Source: Bdellovibrionota bacterium
GTDB taxonomy: Bacteria > Bdellovibrionota_C > UBA2361 > OMII01
Reading direction: 5' to 3'
NCBI GenBank assembly: GCA_044356215.1
Contig: JBIKWQ010000001.1
Coordinates: 1 to 64,000 of the forward strand
DNA length: 64,000 nt
Part shown: positions 29,771 to 39,745 of the stretch, in pieces
How positions within the stretch are numbered: position 1 is the first letter of the stretch
Layout of the letters: every line of letters begins with the position of its first letter
Notes under the pieces: generated by a model
What the model saw: only the letters and a program-made list of their open reading frames with translations
Database searches by the model: none
What the model was told of the DNA's origin: nothing
Made by a program: the position numbers and the translations under genes

Positions 29771-30049
29771 ATTCTCGCTCCCTAACCTGTATGAATTAGC
29801 CCCACAACCAGCCGCCTGACCGAGCGCGACTTTAAGTCTCTTAAACTTAAGAAGCCAGAGGAGCCGTTTTCGGTTCAAACAACTTAAAGTTGAAACTTTA
29901 TAAGCTTATATCTCCCTCAGACCGCCTGTCCGGTCCCCTTAAGCCACTTGCGAGGCCTTTTCAAAGGTTTTAAACTCCCCAGGCAAGCTCGAATTAGATG
30001 AAACGGGCAAACAATGATTGTAAAGCGATAGTTTTAGAGGAGTCGCGAA

Positions 30050-30376
30050 ATGGCAGGCAACGTAGGAGAGATTAACGATTCTGAATTTGAGGCTCAGGTA
30101 CTTCAATCGGCTATACCGGTAGTAGTTGATTTTTGGGCTCCATGGTGTGGTCCGTGTAAGAGTATAGCGCCAGTGCTTGAGGAGATCGCCAAGGATTTAA
30201 ATGGTCAGGTGAAGTTTCTAAAAATCAACGTCGACGACAACACAAAGAGCGCCGGACAGTACAACGTAAGGGCTATCCCTAATCTTGTAATTTTCAAGGG
30301 CGGAGCTGAGGTTGATCGCGTTGTAGGCGCGGTAGCTAAGGACCAACTTGTGGCTACAATTAAGAAAGTTATCTAA
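30050..30376 (+). CDS. trxA: Thioredoxin
   Basis: VVVDFWAPWCGPCK, 108 aa, GAGGAG RBS. Confidence 0.98.
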   Translation: MAGNVGEINDSEFEAQVLQSAIPVVVDFWAPWCGPCKSIAPVLEEIAKDLNGQVKFLKINVDDNTKSAGQYNVRAIPNLVIFKGGAEVDRVVGAVAKDQLVATIKKVI

Positions 30377-30411
30377 TCAGCAACCCTTTGGGGTGGACTG
30401 CAAGATCACTC

Positions 30412-30445
30412 AAGGCCTAGCGGTGCGTTAGCGCCACTAGGCCTT
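30412..30445 (+). terminator. Probable intrinsic terminator after trxA
   Basis: AAGGCCTAGCGGTGC-GTTA-GCGCCACTAGGCCTT hairpin followed by ATGTTT. Confidence 0.6.
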
Positions 30446-30453
30446 ATGTTTAT

Positions 30454-30627
30454 CCTAAAAACGGCAGTTAAGGAGGACCAAAATGGTGCAGCTGGTTAAA
30501 AGCACAAGAGATTTTGAAATTTTCGGCGCGCAACCCTGGCACCGTCAGGGTGAGCGCCGAAGATTCAAAAGCCGCAGTGATTTTAGCCAGATGCGCCGTT
30601 TTGGGACCCGCAACTGCCGTTTTTAGG
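30454..30627. mobile_element. 174-bp MITE-like element, copy 1
   Basis: 16-bp TIR CCTAAAAACGGCAGTT; flanks TTTAT/TTCAT; 6 mismatches to copy 2. Confidence 0.9.
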
Positions 30628-30642
30628 TTCATAGCCGATATT

Positions 30643-31521
30643 ATGGACTCTAATAATAAGAGCCCCAACTCGTGGTTCTCTGTAACACTTAGACCACTGC
30701 AGGTTGGACTATCCAGCGATGCTTTTGATGGTCTGTGCGCGGACCTGCTTGAAATTGGGGCGGCTGGAACTGCCGTGGACAGAGCGCCTGAGATCACTTG
30801 CTATCTTGAGGGTGATCAAAAGAAGGCCGATCTTTTTGTGGACGCGATTAACAAACTTAATTGCGAGCTTATATCCCTATCAAAAGTCGCGAATGAAAAT
30901 TGGACCGGCGCGTGTCCGGATGTTTGGGAACCGATTAGAGCTGGAAATATCGAGATAGTTCCGGTGCAATCTATTGATGATCCCCGCCCATCATCTAAAG
31001 ATTCGATCAGGATTATACCTGGATTGGGTTTTGGAACAGGCCATCACGCGACAACAAGGATGGTGCTCCTTGAGCTATGCGAGTACTCCAAGCAGCAGCG
31101 AAGCGCTCCACCCAGGATCTTCGATCTCGGAACAGGCAGTGGGATTCTCGCCATCGCGGCGGCCAAGCTCCTCAATACTGAAGTAGAGGGAAATGACATA
31201 GAGCTCGGAGCGATAGATAACGCCAGAGATAACATCGCCCTAAATAATCTTCAGGATAAGATCACCGTATCAAATAAAGATATTACCGAATTCTCTGGTC
31301 ACTACGATCTTATTCTGGCGAATGTTTATGGCGAAGTTCTGATGAATCTCGCCCCTGAAGTAACGCGACTGTCGCGGCCTGGAACGACAGCTATCCTGTC
31401 AGGTATCACAGAGATCGTCTGGGACCAAGTATGGTCTGTCTACGGCGAGAAGTATGGATGGAGCCTAGTATCCGAGCAGAACGAAGGAGGCTGGATCGGC
31501 GCGCGGTTGGTGTATTCGTAA
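30643..31521 (+). CDS. prmA: Ribosomal protein L11 methyltransferase
   Basis: PGLGFGTGHHATT, DLGTGSGILAIAA, LILAN, ILSGI. The ORF-track start 30514 lies inside the MITE. Confidence 0.93.
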   Translation: MDSNNKSPNSWFSVTLRPLQVGLSSDAFDGLCADLLEIGAAGTAVDRAPEITCYLEGDQKKADLFVDAINKLNCELISLSKVANENWTGACPDVWEPIRAGNIEIVPVQSIDDPRPSSKDSIRIIPGLGFGTGHHATTRMVLLELCEYSKQQRSAPPRIFDLGTGSGILAIAAAKLLNTEVEGNDIELGAIDNARDNIALNNLQDKITVSNKDITEFSGHYDLILANVYGEVLMNLAPEVTRLSRPGTTAILSGITEIVWDQVWSVYGEKYGWSLVSEQNEGGWIGARLVYS

Positions 31522-31629
31522 CTACTCGCAGGATTTGGAGGAATTCTGGAAGTGTAAGTTGGTGCTTTTTCCGGTTTACAGATCCTAAATCCCCTCATAT
31601 CCTTAGAACACGAACTAAAGGTATTAAAT

Positions 31630-32664
31630 ATGAAAGCGATTTTTTTTGATAAGCACGGCGAGATAGACACCCTTAAATATGCTGATATTCCGCAGCCTGA
31701 ACCTAAATTAGGCGAGGCGCTTATACGAGTTAGAGCGGTTGCTTTAAATCACCTAGATATCTGGGTCCGCCGCGGCTGGCCAGGGCTACATCTTGAGATG
31801 CCTCATGTGGGGGGAGCAGATGTTTCCGGAGAGATAGTAGCTATTAACGTTCCAGGCACCACATGGACACCGGGGACAAAGGTTATAGTAAATCCAGGAA
31901 TAATCACATCAGATGATGAATGGACACGCAAAGGCGAAGACAGCTTAAGCCCCGGCTATAAGATCCTTGGTGAGCAGATCCCCGGCGGCTTCGCCGAATA
32001 TGTGTGCGTCCCGGTAGGCAATTTATACAGACTTCCTGATGGCATTTCATTCGAAGCTGGGGCTGCCCCCCTCCTTGTTGGAGTGACATCTTGGCGGATG
32101 CTCTTTAAGCGTGGGCAGTTGCGGGCTGGCGAATCAGTTTTAGTCGTGGGCGCGGGAGGTGGCGTAAACTCATTATCGATACTCTTAGCTAAAGCCGCAG
32201 GAGCCTCAGTAATCGCGTTAGCTGGCGGTCGAGAAAAAGCGGATAAAGCGACATCGCTTGGAGCCTCTAACGTAATCGATTACACAGCAAACCCTGATTG
32301 GCACCTTGAGGTGCTCAAGATAACTAAGGGTCGCGGAGTTGATCTAGTCATCGACAATGTTGGTTCCAAGACGATGCCAAAGAGTCTGCGCGCTGTGGCT
32401 CGCGGTGGGCGGATCGTTACGGTAGGAAACACCAAGGGATACGAGCTCTCCTTTGATAATAGGCTCTTTTTCACAAAACAGGTTTCACTGATCGGATCAA
32501 CCATGGGAAGCCGCAACGACTTCACTGAGGTGATGGAGTTCCTATTTAATAACAATATTAAGACTCCAATAGACACGGTCGCGCCATTATCAGACGGAAT
32601 CAAGATGATTCAGCGTCTAGAGTCAGGGCAACAGTTTGGAAAGATAGTTCTGCGAGTGGCGTAA
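31630..32664 (+). CDS. MDR-family (Zn-ADH/quinone oxidoreductase-like) dehydrogenase
   Basis: ALNHLDIWVRRG, GGFAEY, GAGGGV, GSTMG, QFGKIVL. Confidence 0.92.
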   Translation: MKAIFFDKHGEIDTLKYADIPQPEPKLGEALIRVRAVALNHLDIWVRRGWPGLHLEMPHVGGADVSGEIVAINVPGTTWTPGTKVIVNPGIITSDDEWTRKGEDSLSPGYKILGEQIPGGFAEYVCVPVGNLYRLPDGISFEAGAAPLLVGVTSWRMLFKRGQLRAGESVLVVGAGGGVNSLSILLAKAAGASVIALAGGREKADKATSLGASNVIDYTANPDWHLEVLKITKGRGVDLVIDNVGSKTMPKSLRAVARGGRIVTVGNTKGYELSFDNRLFFTKQVSLIGSTMGSRNDFTEVMEFLFNNNIKTPIDTVAPLSDGIKMIQRLESGQQFGKIVLRVA

Positions 32665-32685
32665 TCCGCGCTGGAAACGTTTATT

Positions 32686-34089
32686 TCAGGCGTAGTTCGA
32701 CAACCTATCTTTTAAAACCGGAAGATATTCCTGAAGCTCAGGTATCTCCTCTAAAGACAGGGAACCAAAAACCAGATCATCTAAAGACACAACCTGATCA
32801 CTTCGTACACTTAAATCTATCTCCCCTCGTAGCACACCAGGAACCAGCTCTTTTAGCCCATTCGCGAAGCGCTCCAGGTACCTGACACGTCCGCGCCAAC
32901 GCCTAATCGCGAGCTCGATAGTCCTCTCCGAGATACCCTGCGCTCTGGCCAGAGCTCTAAAAGAATCGACCTCACAATTGCGCTCACTACCCGGTAGCGG
33001 TCTCTCAGCTACCTTTTTAATCCGTTTAGGCTCAGGCGATAGCGCCAATAACTGCGATACGATCTTTTTTGCAACTCGATACGCGTCCCACGGACCCCTG
33101 ATTGATGCCCTAAAAATACCCTTCACCTGAGTAACAACGAACTTATCTCTGAGCTTCCCCGATATCGGCACTTTTAGGGACTCGCGCTCTATTATCCAGC
33201 CGGCCTCATCCACCGCTTGCTGAATTACCGCGGCACTAGCCTCATCAGAGATCCCTTTCTGACCAAAGAGCAGCGCCACCTCTATCGTCATAAGACCTAG
33301 TCGTTTAACTGAAACAAAGGAGCCATCCGAAAGCTCAAAGGTCATTAATCGACCGCCCTTCTTGGCGCTCCTTGGCCTCGCCTGAAAAACAACGCGCATA
33401 CCCGCAGGGTCCGGATCGGTGGCTGGAATAACAAAAGTACCCATTCTAGAGGCAGGCAGAGACCCAGCGCTCGGATCTAAAAAAATACCCCCAACGCGGG
33501 CCTCATACACTTTCTCTGTTAATTGGTCTTTGAAGCCCACAACATAACATCCACTCTCGGCGGACTCCGCCTCCACGTAGAGCGGCTGAACACTCCCCAA
33601 TAGAGAAGCCCCCTCTTGTCGCGCGGCCAAAGCAGTCTCACGAATTAAAAGACGTTCATCAACAGAGGCTAGATTGGCGAACCTCTTGACCATCTTGGCG
33701 GACAAGCCATACGAATCATTTCCATCCGGAGCGAATGGATTGAGCAAATGTGAAGCGGTCGAGCCACTCAAATTCTTAATCACCGCCGATGCGGAAAATA
33801 ATTTAAGCGGGCGCTCCTTAAGACCACGACAAAGTGTCGCGTCCCAAGATAACGAGCCAGCTCCAAAATAGCTCCGCTCAAGACATAGGACCTTTATACC
33901 TTGTAAAGCGGCTTCGTGGGCTAGGACAACACCACAGAGCCCACCTCCTAAGATAAGAAGGTCGTAATTAATATTCTCCTCGAGTCCCTCTAAGAGCTCC
34001 TCACGTGTCGATAACATAGCAAACGGCTCAGAGTCATCGAGCATTCGCTCCGATTCATCGCTGTATAGCGACAAGATCCGCTCACTCAT
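32686..34089 (-). CDS. Divergent GlpD-like FAD-dependent oxidoreductase
   Basis: DLLILGGGLCG...ERSYFGAGS Rossmann motif; C-terminal GEID...VVSLDDLV resembles the GlpD C-domain. Confidence 0.65.
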   Translation of the reverse strand: MSERILSLYSDESERMLDDSEPFAMLSTREELLEGLEENINYDLLILGGGLCGVVLAHEAALQGIKVLCLERSYFGAGSLSWDATLCRGLKERPLKLFSASAVIKNLSGSTASHLLNPFAPDGNDSYGLSAKMVKRFANLASVDERLLIRETALAARQEGASLLGSVQPLYVEAESAESGCYVVGFKDQLTEKVYEARVGGIFLDPSAGSLPASRMGTFVIPATDPDPAGMRVVFQARPRSAKKGGRLMTFELSDGSFVSVKRLGLMTIEVALLFGQKGISDEASAAVIQQAVDEAGWIIERESLKVPISGKLRDKFVVTQVKGIFRASIRGPWDAYRVAKKIVSQLLALSPEPKRIKKVAERPLPGSERNCEVDSFRALARAQGISERTIELAIRRWRGRVRYLERFANGLKELVPGVLRGEIDLSVRSDQVVSLDDLVFGSLSLEEIPELQEYLPVLKDRLSNYA

Positions 34090-34471
34090 ATATCCGCACC
34101 TGCCAACTTACCGCGCCAGGAATAGTTATCTGCCATGAACCACCACCCACATCGGCGAAAACACACTCTCCTTTGCCTGATATCAGCGAGCGCTTCTCCG
34201 CCGCTAATCCGTCAACATTAGTCGCCACGCACTCGCGCTTTAAAGTCGAGGGCTGCGGACTTTGAATAGTGACAACCACCCTTGCCGCCGAACGGGTAAT
34301 CTTGATCGCTCGGACCAACCCACCTGAATCGACGATTCGTACCTGATCGGCTCTAGCCCCTAAAGACCAAAAAGTCATTAGCGCTATAACCAGCGCCACC
34401 ATGACCTTCTGAATCTGATTGAGAGATAAGCTTCTCATCAGCACCCTACACCCCGATATCGCGGCGAACAC
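34082..34471 (-). CDS. Hypothetical exported protein
   Basis: Signal peptide ending ARA-D, beta-rich with two Cys; coupled to purD. Confidence 0.65.
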   Translation of the reverse strand: MFAAISGCRVLMRSLSLNQIQKVMVALVIALMTFWSLGARADQVRIVDSGGLVRAIKITRSAARVVVTIQSPQPSTLKRECVATNVDGLAAEKRSLISGKGECVFADVGGGSWQITIPGAVSWQVRIYE

Positions 34472-35714
34472 GACGGCCCCGTAGCTGAATCATATCTACC
34501 ACCTTGTAAGCGGAGTGCCGGGCTCCTTCTAGAGTCTCGTTTAACGCGACAACACTAAGCGTGCGTCCTCCAACAGATTCTAGCTCCCCTTTTTGATTCA
34601 TCCTTGTCGCGGCATGAAAAACAACGGTGTCAGGAACCATCCGCGTCAGCTCAAGCCCAGTTATAACATCACCCTTTACTGGGGCCTCAGGATAACCGTC
34701 CGAAGCGACGACGACGCATGTGGCTACCTTTGAACTCCACTGAAGTTCAGGGAGATCGCTCTTGGAACCACAGATCCAAGCGAAGAGATCTATTGGGTCG
34801 CTAACCAAACGCGCCATGATCGACTGGCACTCGGGATCTCCAAGTCTTGTATTGTACTCTAAAACACGAACTCCGAGCTCTCGTGGCTTAGTCGGATCGA
34901 TCATCAAACCAGCGTAAAGAAAGCCTCGAAAAGGGACCCCTCTCTTAGCCATCGTCTCAACAATTGGCTTAGCGCAATGTACCCCTATCCACCGGAGGTC
35001 ATCCTCGCTAATCCGTGGTGTTGGGCAAATAGACCCCATACCACCTGTGTTTGGTCCCTCATCTTTATCTTGTAATCGCTTGTAATCGTGCGCTGGCGCT
35101 AACGCGACAACGTCACTCCCGTTTGACGCGAAAATACAGCTAACCTCAAATCCATTTAGAAACTCCTCAACCACTACCTTCTCCGCTTTCAGCGGACCAA
35201 AGATCTGATCAAAGGCCGGCTCAAAGTCCTCCTTCTTGAGGATCACAAAAACCCCTTTCCCTGAAGCTAATCCGTCTACCTTTAGCACAAGTGGCGCGCC
35301 CTTAGCGGCGCAATACTCTGATAGTGAGGATCTTGAATTGAAAACCTCGTAACCAGCCGTTGGAACCCCCGAGGCTACCATCACCTCCTTGGCGAAACTC
35401 TTGGAGCTCTCAAGCATAGCTGCCGCCTTTGACGGTCCTATTATCTTCAGACCAGCAGCCTCAAATGAATCGACTACACCAACAGCCAATGCGGCTTCTG
35501 GTCCCACTACAGTCAGCGTGACGCCCTTTTCACGCGCTAGGCCAAGCAATCCGGCGGTATCTGTAACAGCGATATCAGCGCACTCAGCCACCGAAGCGAT
35601 CCCTGGATTTCCTGGGGCGCAGATCACCTGCGAAACGCTCTTTGAACCCTTTAGCCTCCAACACAGAGCGTGCTCACGAGCTCCGCCACCAATCACTAAT
35701 ACTTTCATACTCAC
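34446..35714 (-). CDS. purD: Phosphoribosylamine-glycine ligase
   Basis: GGGAREHAL, APGNPG, VGPE, DYKR, GPNTGGMG, EYNTRLGDPE. Confidence 0.98.
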   Translation of the reverse strand: MSMKVLVIGGGAREHALCWRLKGSKSVSQVICAPGNPGIASVAECADIAVTDTAGLLGLAREKGVTLTVVGPEAALAVGVVDSFEAAGLKIIGPSKAAAMLESSKSFAKEVMVASGVPTAGYEVFNSRSSLSEYCAAKGAPLVLKVDGLASGKGVFVILKKEDFEPAFDQIFGPLKAEKVVVEEFLNGFEVSCIFASNGSDVVALAPAHDYKRLQDKDEGPNTGGMGSICPTPRISEDDLRWIGVHCAKPIVETMAKRGVPFRGFLYAGLMIDPTKPRELGVRVLEYNTRLGDPECQSIMARLVSDPIDLFAWICGSKSDLPELQWSSKVATCVVVASDGYPEAPVKGDVITGLELTRMVPDTVVFHAATRMNQKGELESVGGRTLSVVALNETLEGARHSAYKVVDMIQLRGRRVRRDIGV

Positions 35715-35733
35715 CCTACTTAAAAGATCCGGA

Positions 35734-37350
35734 CTAGTGCCTAAAGTGACGATCAGCCGCGAAAAAGAGACTTACGTTCTTATCTTCAGCGACCGCTTTT
35801 ACATCCTCATCTCGCTTGGCTCCAGCCGGCGAAACTACGCAGCTAATTCCCTCCGCGGCAAGCGTCTCGACCGAATCAGGAAATGGAAAAAACGCGTCCG
35901 ATGCGGCAACTGCCCCGTTAAGCGTATGGCCGTGTAGCTTAGCTTTTCGTATCGCTAATTCCACTGAATCGATCCTGCTCATCTGTCCCGCTCCGACACC
36001 GATTAACAGTCCACCTTTAACCAAAACGATCGCGTTTGATTTAACATGTCCGCATACTCGCCAAGCCAAATCGAGGTCTGACAATTCTTCGACGCTCGGA
36101 GTTCTCGAAGTTACCCTCTCCGCCGATGATATCCCCCCACCTGACACATCCGGCTCTTGCATTAAAACAGAGCCAGCCACGGTACGGATCTCAACGCCAC
36201 TGAGAGGACGCGAATCGACCTGAAGAATCCGAAGATTCTTACTTGTGCGTAGTACCTCTAGCCCCTCTTCTGTATAAGCGGGGGCAACCACTATCTCCGC
36301 GAAGTCACCGCGAATCTCAAGTGCCGCGTCCTTATCAACCTCGCGATTAACGACCAGAATTCCTCCGAAGTGACTGCGTGGATCGCAATGTTTGGCCCGC
36401 TCTATCGCCTCACACACCGAATCCGCTGAAGCTACGCCACACGGATTTAGATGCTTTAATATCGCCACAGTTGGCTTGCCGCTAGGAAGATCCGCCAAGA
36501 GGCGCAGCCCCGCGTCGAAATCAAGCATATTATTGTAAGAGAGCTCCTTGCCGCCAAGCTGCTTCCAGTTTGAGCCACTAAGTGTTTTGATGTTAGCCGC
36601 CGCTACGTTATAAACCGCCGCCTTCTGGTGCGGATTCTCTCCGTAACGAAGCTCTGCCTGTTTAGTGAGTGAAAGGGAAACTTTCCCCGGTAACTCTGCG
36701 CTAGTAGCGCTAGCTGTGGCTGCGCCCAATGAAGCGAAATATCCACCAATCGCTCCATCATAGGCTGAAAGAGTTTGAAACACCTTAGCGGCGAGTGCTC
36801 TTCTAAATTCGAGCGAGAAGCAGTCCACTCCGTCTCTGCGGTTTTTTAGTAGCTGAATCACCGCCGAGTAATCAGCGGGATCGATTAATGGCAAAACAAA
36901 TCGGTGATTCTTGGCCGCGGCCCTAATCATCGTTGGACCACCAACATCAACTAACTCAGTCATCTCCTCTGGATTGTTAGCGCGCTCACTGTCGAGATAT
37001 TTCGTAAATGGGTAAAGATTCACGATCACGACATCGATCGGAGCTATCTCCTCTCGCGCTAACTGTTCAAGGTGATGTGATTGGTCACGCCGGGCGAGAA
37101 CTCCGCCATGGATTTTGGGGTGCAGCGTCTTTACCCGACCATCTAAGAGTTCTGCTAGCCCGGTGTAGGATTCAACACTTGTATAATCAATTTTCGCGGC
37201 ACTTAATGCCTTGCCAGTTCCAGATGTGGCGAGCAAGGTGTATCCGGACTCCGCCAACGCCTTCGCCAACTCAACCAACCCAGTTTGATCTGAGACACTC
37301 AGTAAAGCCATCTTCTTCATAATTTTTTCCTGTGTGAAATTGTAGGCCAT
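35734..37350 (-). CDS. purH: Bifunctional AICAR transformylase/IMP cyclohydrolase
   Basis: GRVKTLHP, DVGGPTMIRAAAKN, LRYGENPHQ, GAGQMSR, ASDAFFPF. Confidence 0.98.
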   Translation of the reverse strand: MAYNFTQEKIMKKMALLSVSDQTGLVELAKALAESGYTLLATSGTGKALSAAKIDYTSVESYTGLAELLDGRVKTLHPKIHGGVLARRDQSHHLEQLAREEIAPIDVVIVNLYPFTKYLDSERANNPEEMTELVDVGGPTMIRAAAKNHRFVLPLIDPADYSAVIQLLKNRRDGVDCFSLEFRRALAAKVFQTLSAYDGAIGGYFASLGAATASATSAELPGKVSLSLTKQAELRYGENPHQKAAVYNVAAANIKTLSGSNWKQLGGKELSYNNMLDFDAGLRLLADLPSGKPTVAILKHLNPCGVASADSVCEAIERAKHCDPRSHFGGILVVNREVDKDAALEIRGDFAEIVVAPAYTEEGLEVLRTSKNLRILQVDSRPLSGVEIRTVAGSVLMQEPDVSGGGISSAERVTSRTPSVEELSDLDLAWRVCGHVKSNAIVLVKGGLLIGVGAGQMSRIDSVELAIRKAKLHGHTLNGAVAASDAFFPFPDSVETLAAEGISCVVSPAGAKRDEDVKAVAEDKNVSLFFAADRHFRH

Positions 37351-37404
37351 GAAGAATAGCGGGTTATCGGTTGAGTTGCTAGCTTTGGAGGGGGCTAATT
37401 GCTC

Positions 37405-37741
37405 GTGACTACTCAGCGTATTTTTTGGATCGCTACAGTCATATCATCGCTAAAAAGCCGCTCCTTAATGGGGGCTAACGTTATCGCGGCATAATTGGCT
37501 GAGTAGTTGCAATTCCTCAATATTTACGACCACCTTCGAGCAAAATAGCTACCTATCCGCCCGGCGCTCGTATTCCGAACGCAACGATCCAAAAAATCCG
37601 GTGAGTAGTTACCTTCCCACTTCAATAGAACGGAGGATTGTATTACTATTAAGGCAACCACCTAGATTCTCAGGACTACCTGAGCTATCGAAAAAAGTAA
37701 CTACTCAACAAATGCCGCCGCAATTGCGTTTGAGTAGTTAC
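37405..37741. repeat. Two inverted-repeat pairs built on GTAACTACTCA
   Basis: 37405-37436 vs 37581-37612 (27/32 match); 37697-37708 vs 37730-37741 (12/12). Confidence 0.8.
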
Positions 37742-37749
37742 CAAAAAAA

Positions 37750-39652
37750 TATGAGCTCATCATTACCTACTTCAGACACTCCCGTTGGCCTTAATTTGGC
37801 GCTTCTTAGGTGCGCTGCCGGAACCGATGTAGGGATGCGGCGCGAAGAGAACCAGGATTGTTTTGGGATAATTAAGCGCCCTGATTTTCAGGCCTTCTTT
37901 GTCGCTGACGGAATGGGCGGCGCGCAGGGTGGCGCCACCGCTTCGCGTATGGCGATCGGAGCCCTACAGGACTCTCTAAACCAGCCAGATGCTCGCGTAT
38001 CGCTCGATTCTATTACCTCCACCGTTAGCTCAATTAACCTCAAAATATACGATAAGGGGAGCGCCGAGCCCGCCTACGCGGGAATGGGTACAACCTTGGT
38101 CGGTTTGGTGTTTACCCCGGGGGCGGCCTTTGTGCTCAACGTTGGGGATTCGCGAGCATACAGGATCCGGCACCAAAACATCGAGCAGATCTCAAAGGAT
38201 CATACCTTGCTAGGTGAGCTGATTAGCTCTGGAACCATTCAAGCCGATGACGCTCGGGGGCAATCTGTATCTCACATGCTGACCCGTTCGCTCGGACCTC
38301 TACCAGAGGTGGAGGTTGAGGCACGCGCGCTTCCTGAGCTACCTGAGAACGGAGATATCTACGTGCTCTGCTCAGACGGCCTAACAAACTATGTCCCAGC
38401 GGAAGATATCCTCGCCGTGGCGCGACAAAATCCACTTGATGACGCGAGCCAGATCCTAATTAATTTAGCCAACCAACGTGGAGGTGGTGATAATATTACA
38501 GTTCTACTGATCGCGGTTGGAGAGAAAACTCCCCGATCCAGAAAGCCGACACTCCCGTTTCCCCCATTTGAATCGGAATCATCACAATTAGATGACCAAG
38601 GTAGTGATACGGAGAGAATAGCTGAAACGAAGCCCGTTATACCCCAACCACCTCCGGTAGAAGAGCCAAAAGACTTAAAGGCGGAACGCAAAGCGTTAAG
38701 AGAACGACAAAAGGTGTACGGTGGACGGACTCCGGCGCTTCCAACATTTATTCTTCTTGGCGCGACATTAGGTACAGGATTATTTATCGGAGGTATCGCC
38801 CGCAAAGCCTCGCTATTTGGTTTTGAAAAGATTAACTCTTTCTATCCCAACTCTGAAGCACCGACCCGGAACGAAATGATCCCGCGCAAAGAGGGTCTTG
38901 ATGACGTTACATCGCTCGCTGCTTTAGCTCGCCAAATCAGATCTGAAAGAGCTAGTGATCAGGATGAATCACTCTCATCTTCTGGATCCACTCGCAAGCC
39001 TGACCAGATTCGTGCCTCGATCCTACGGCTAGAACAACAGATCAAGACGCTCAGAGAGAACGCGACAAGCTCAAACATCGGCAATACTGAGCCGATTAGG
39101 ACTGAGGTAGATCGATTACAGAAGGAATACTCAGCCATTGAAGCGAACCTTGATGTGGCTTCAAGAGCGGTTACTCTCTGGCTAAGTCGACAAGTAACAT
39201 TTGAGAATAGAGCTAAGGATGGCGAATCTTTAGCTGATGTCGAGCAAGTGGCTGCTTACTCAACAGCTATCAAAGAGAAGTTGGCGTCATTATCAGCGGT
39301 ATCGTACCAATACCGGGGCAAGGCCGATGAAGTAGAACTCTACCCGGGCAACACGGCGTTGAGGGCTGATTTTGAAACGCTTCAAGCCAAACGAGATCAG
39401 TTGCGCGCGGAGCTTCAGACGGATGTTAGAAAGGCACTCGGCAATATATTGGCCAATACTTACAAAGATTATGAGACGATTAAAATAAAGCGCGATATCT
39501 TATGGCTCGATCTTCAGTCCGCCAAACGCGAGCTAGAGGTTCAAACTGCCTTAGTAGATTCAGATCAAACCAAGCGCGCCGACTTGATTCGCTCGCTAGA
39601 GGAGCGACTGGTGGCTGAACAGAGAGAGCTAAAAGAACCTCGCAGCAAGTAG
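37750..39652 (+). CDS. PP2C/Stp1 Ser/Thr phosphatase with TM segment and long C-terminal coiled coil
   Basis: TDVGMRREENQD, VADGMGG, GMGTT, VGDSR, CSDGL, DNIT. The ORF-track start 37601 lies within the repeats. Confidence 0.9.
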
Positions 39653-39745
39653 CGTAAGAATGGCCGGCAAAACCTACCCGTAGCGAGAAAGTGGAGGTTG
39701 ATTTGATAATCGTGGTAGGGCGTGGTTTGCCTGCCTTCCGTAGGG

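Noticed and set aside
30468..30797. ORFs shared with 51240..51468 (NLKTAVAGPK...)
   Set aside because: They arise from the MITE sequence and have no transposase features.
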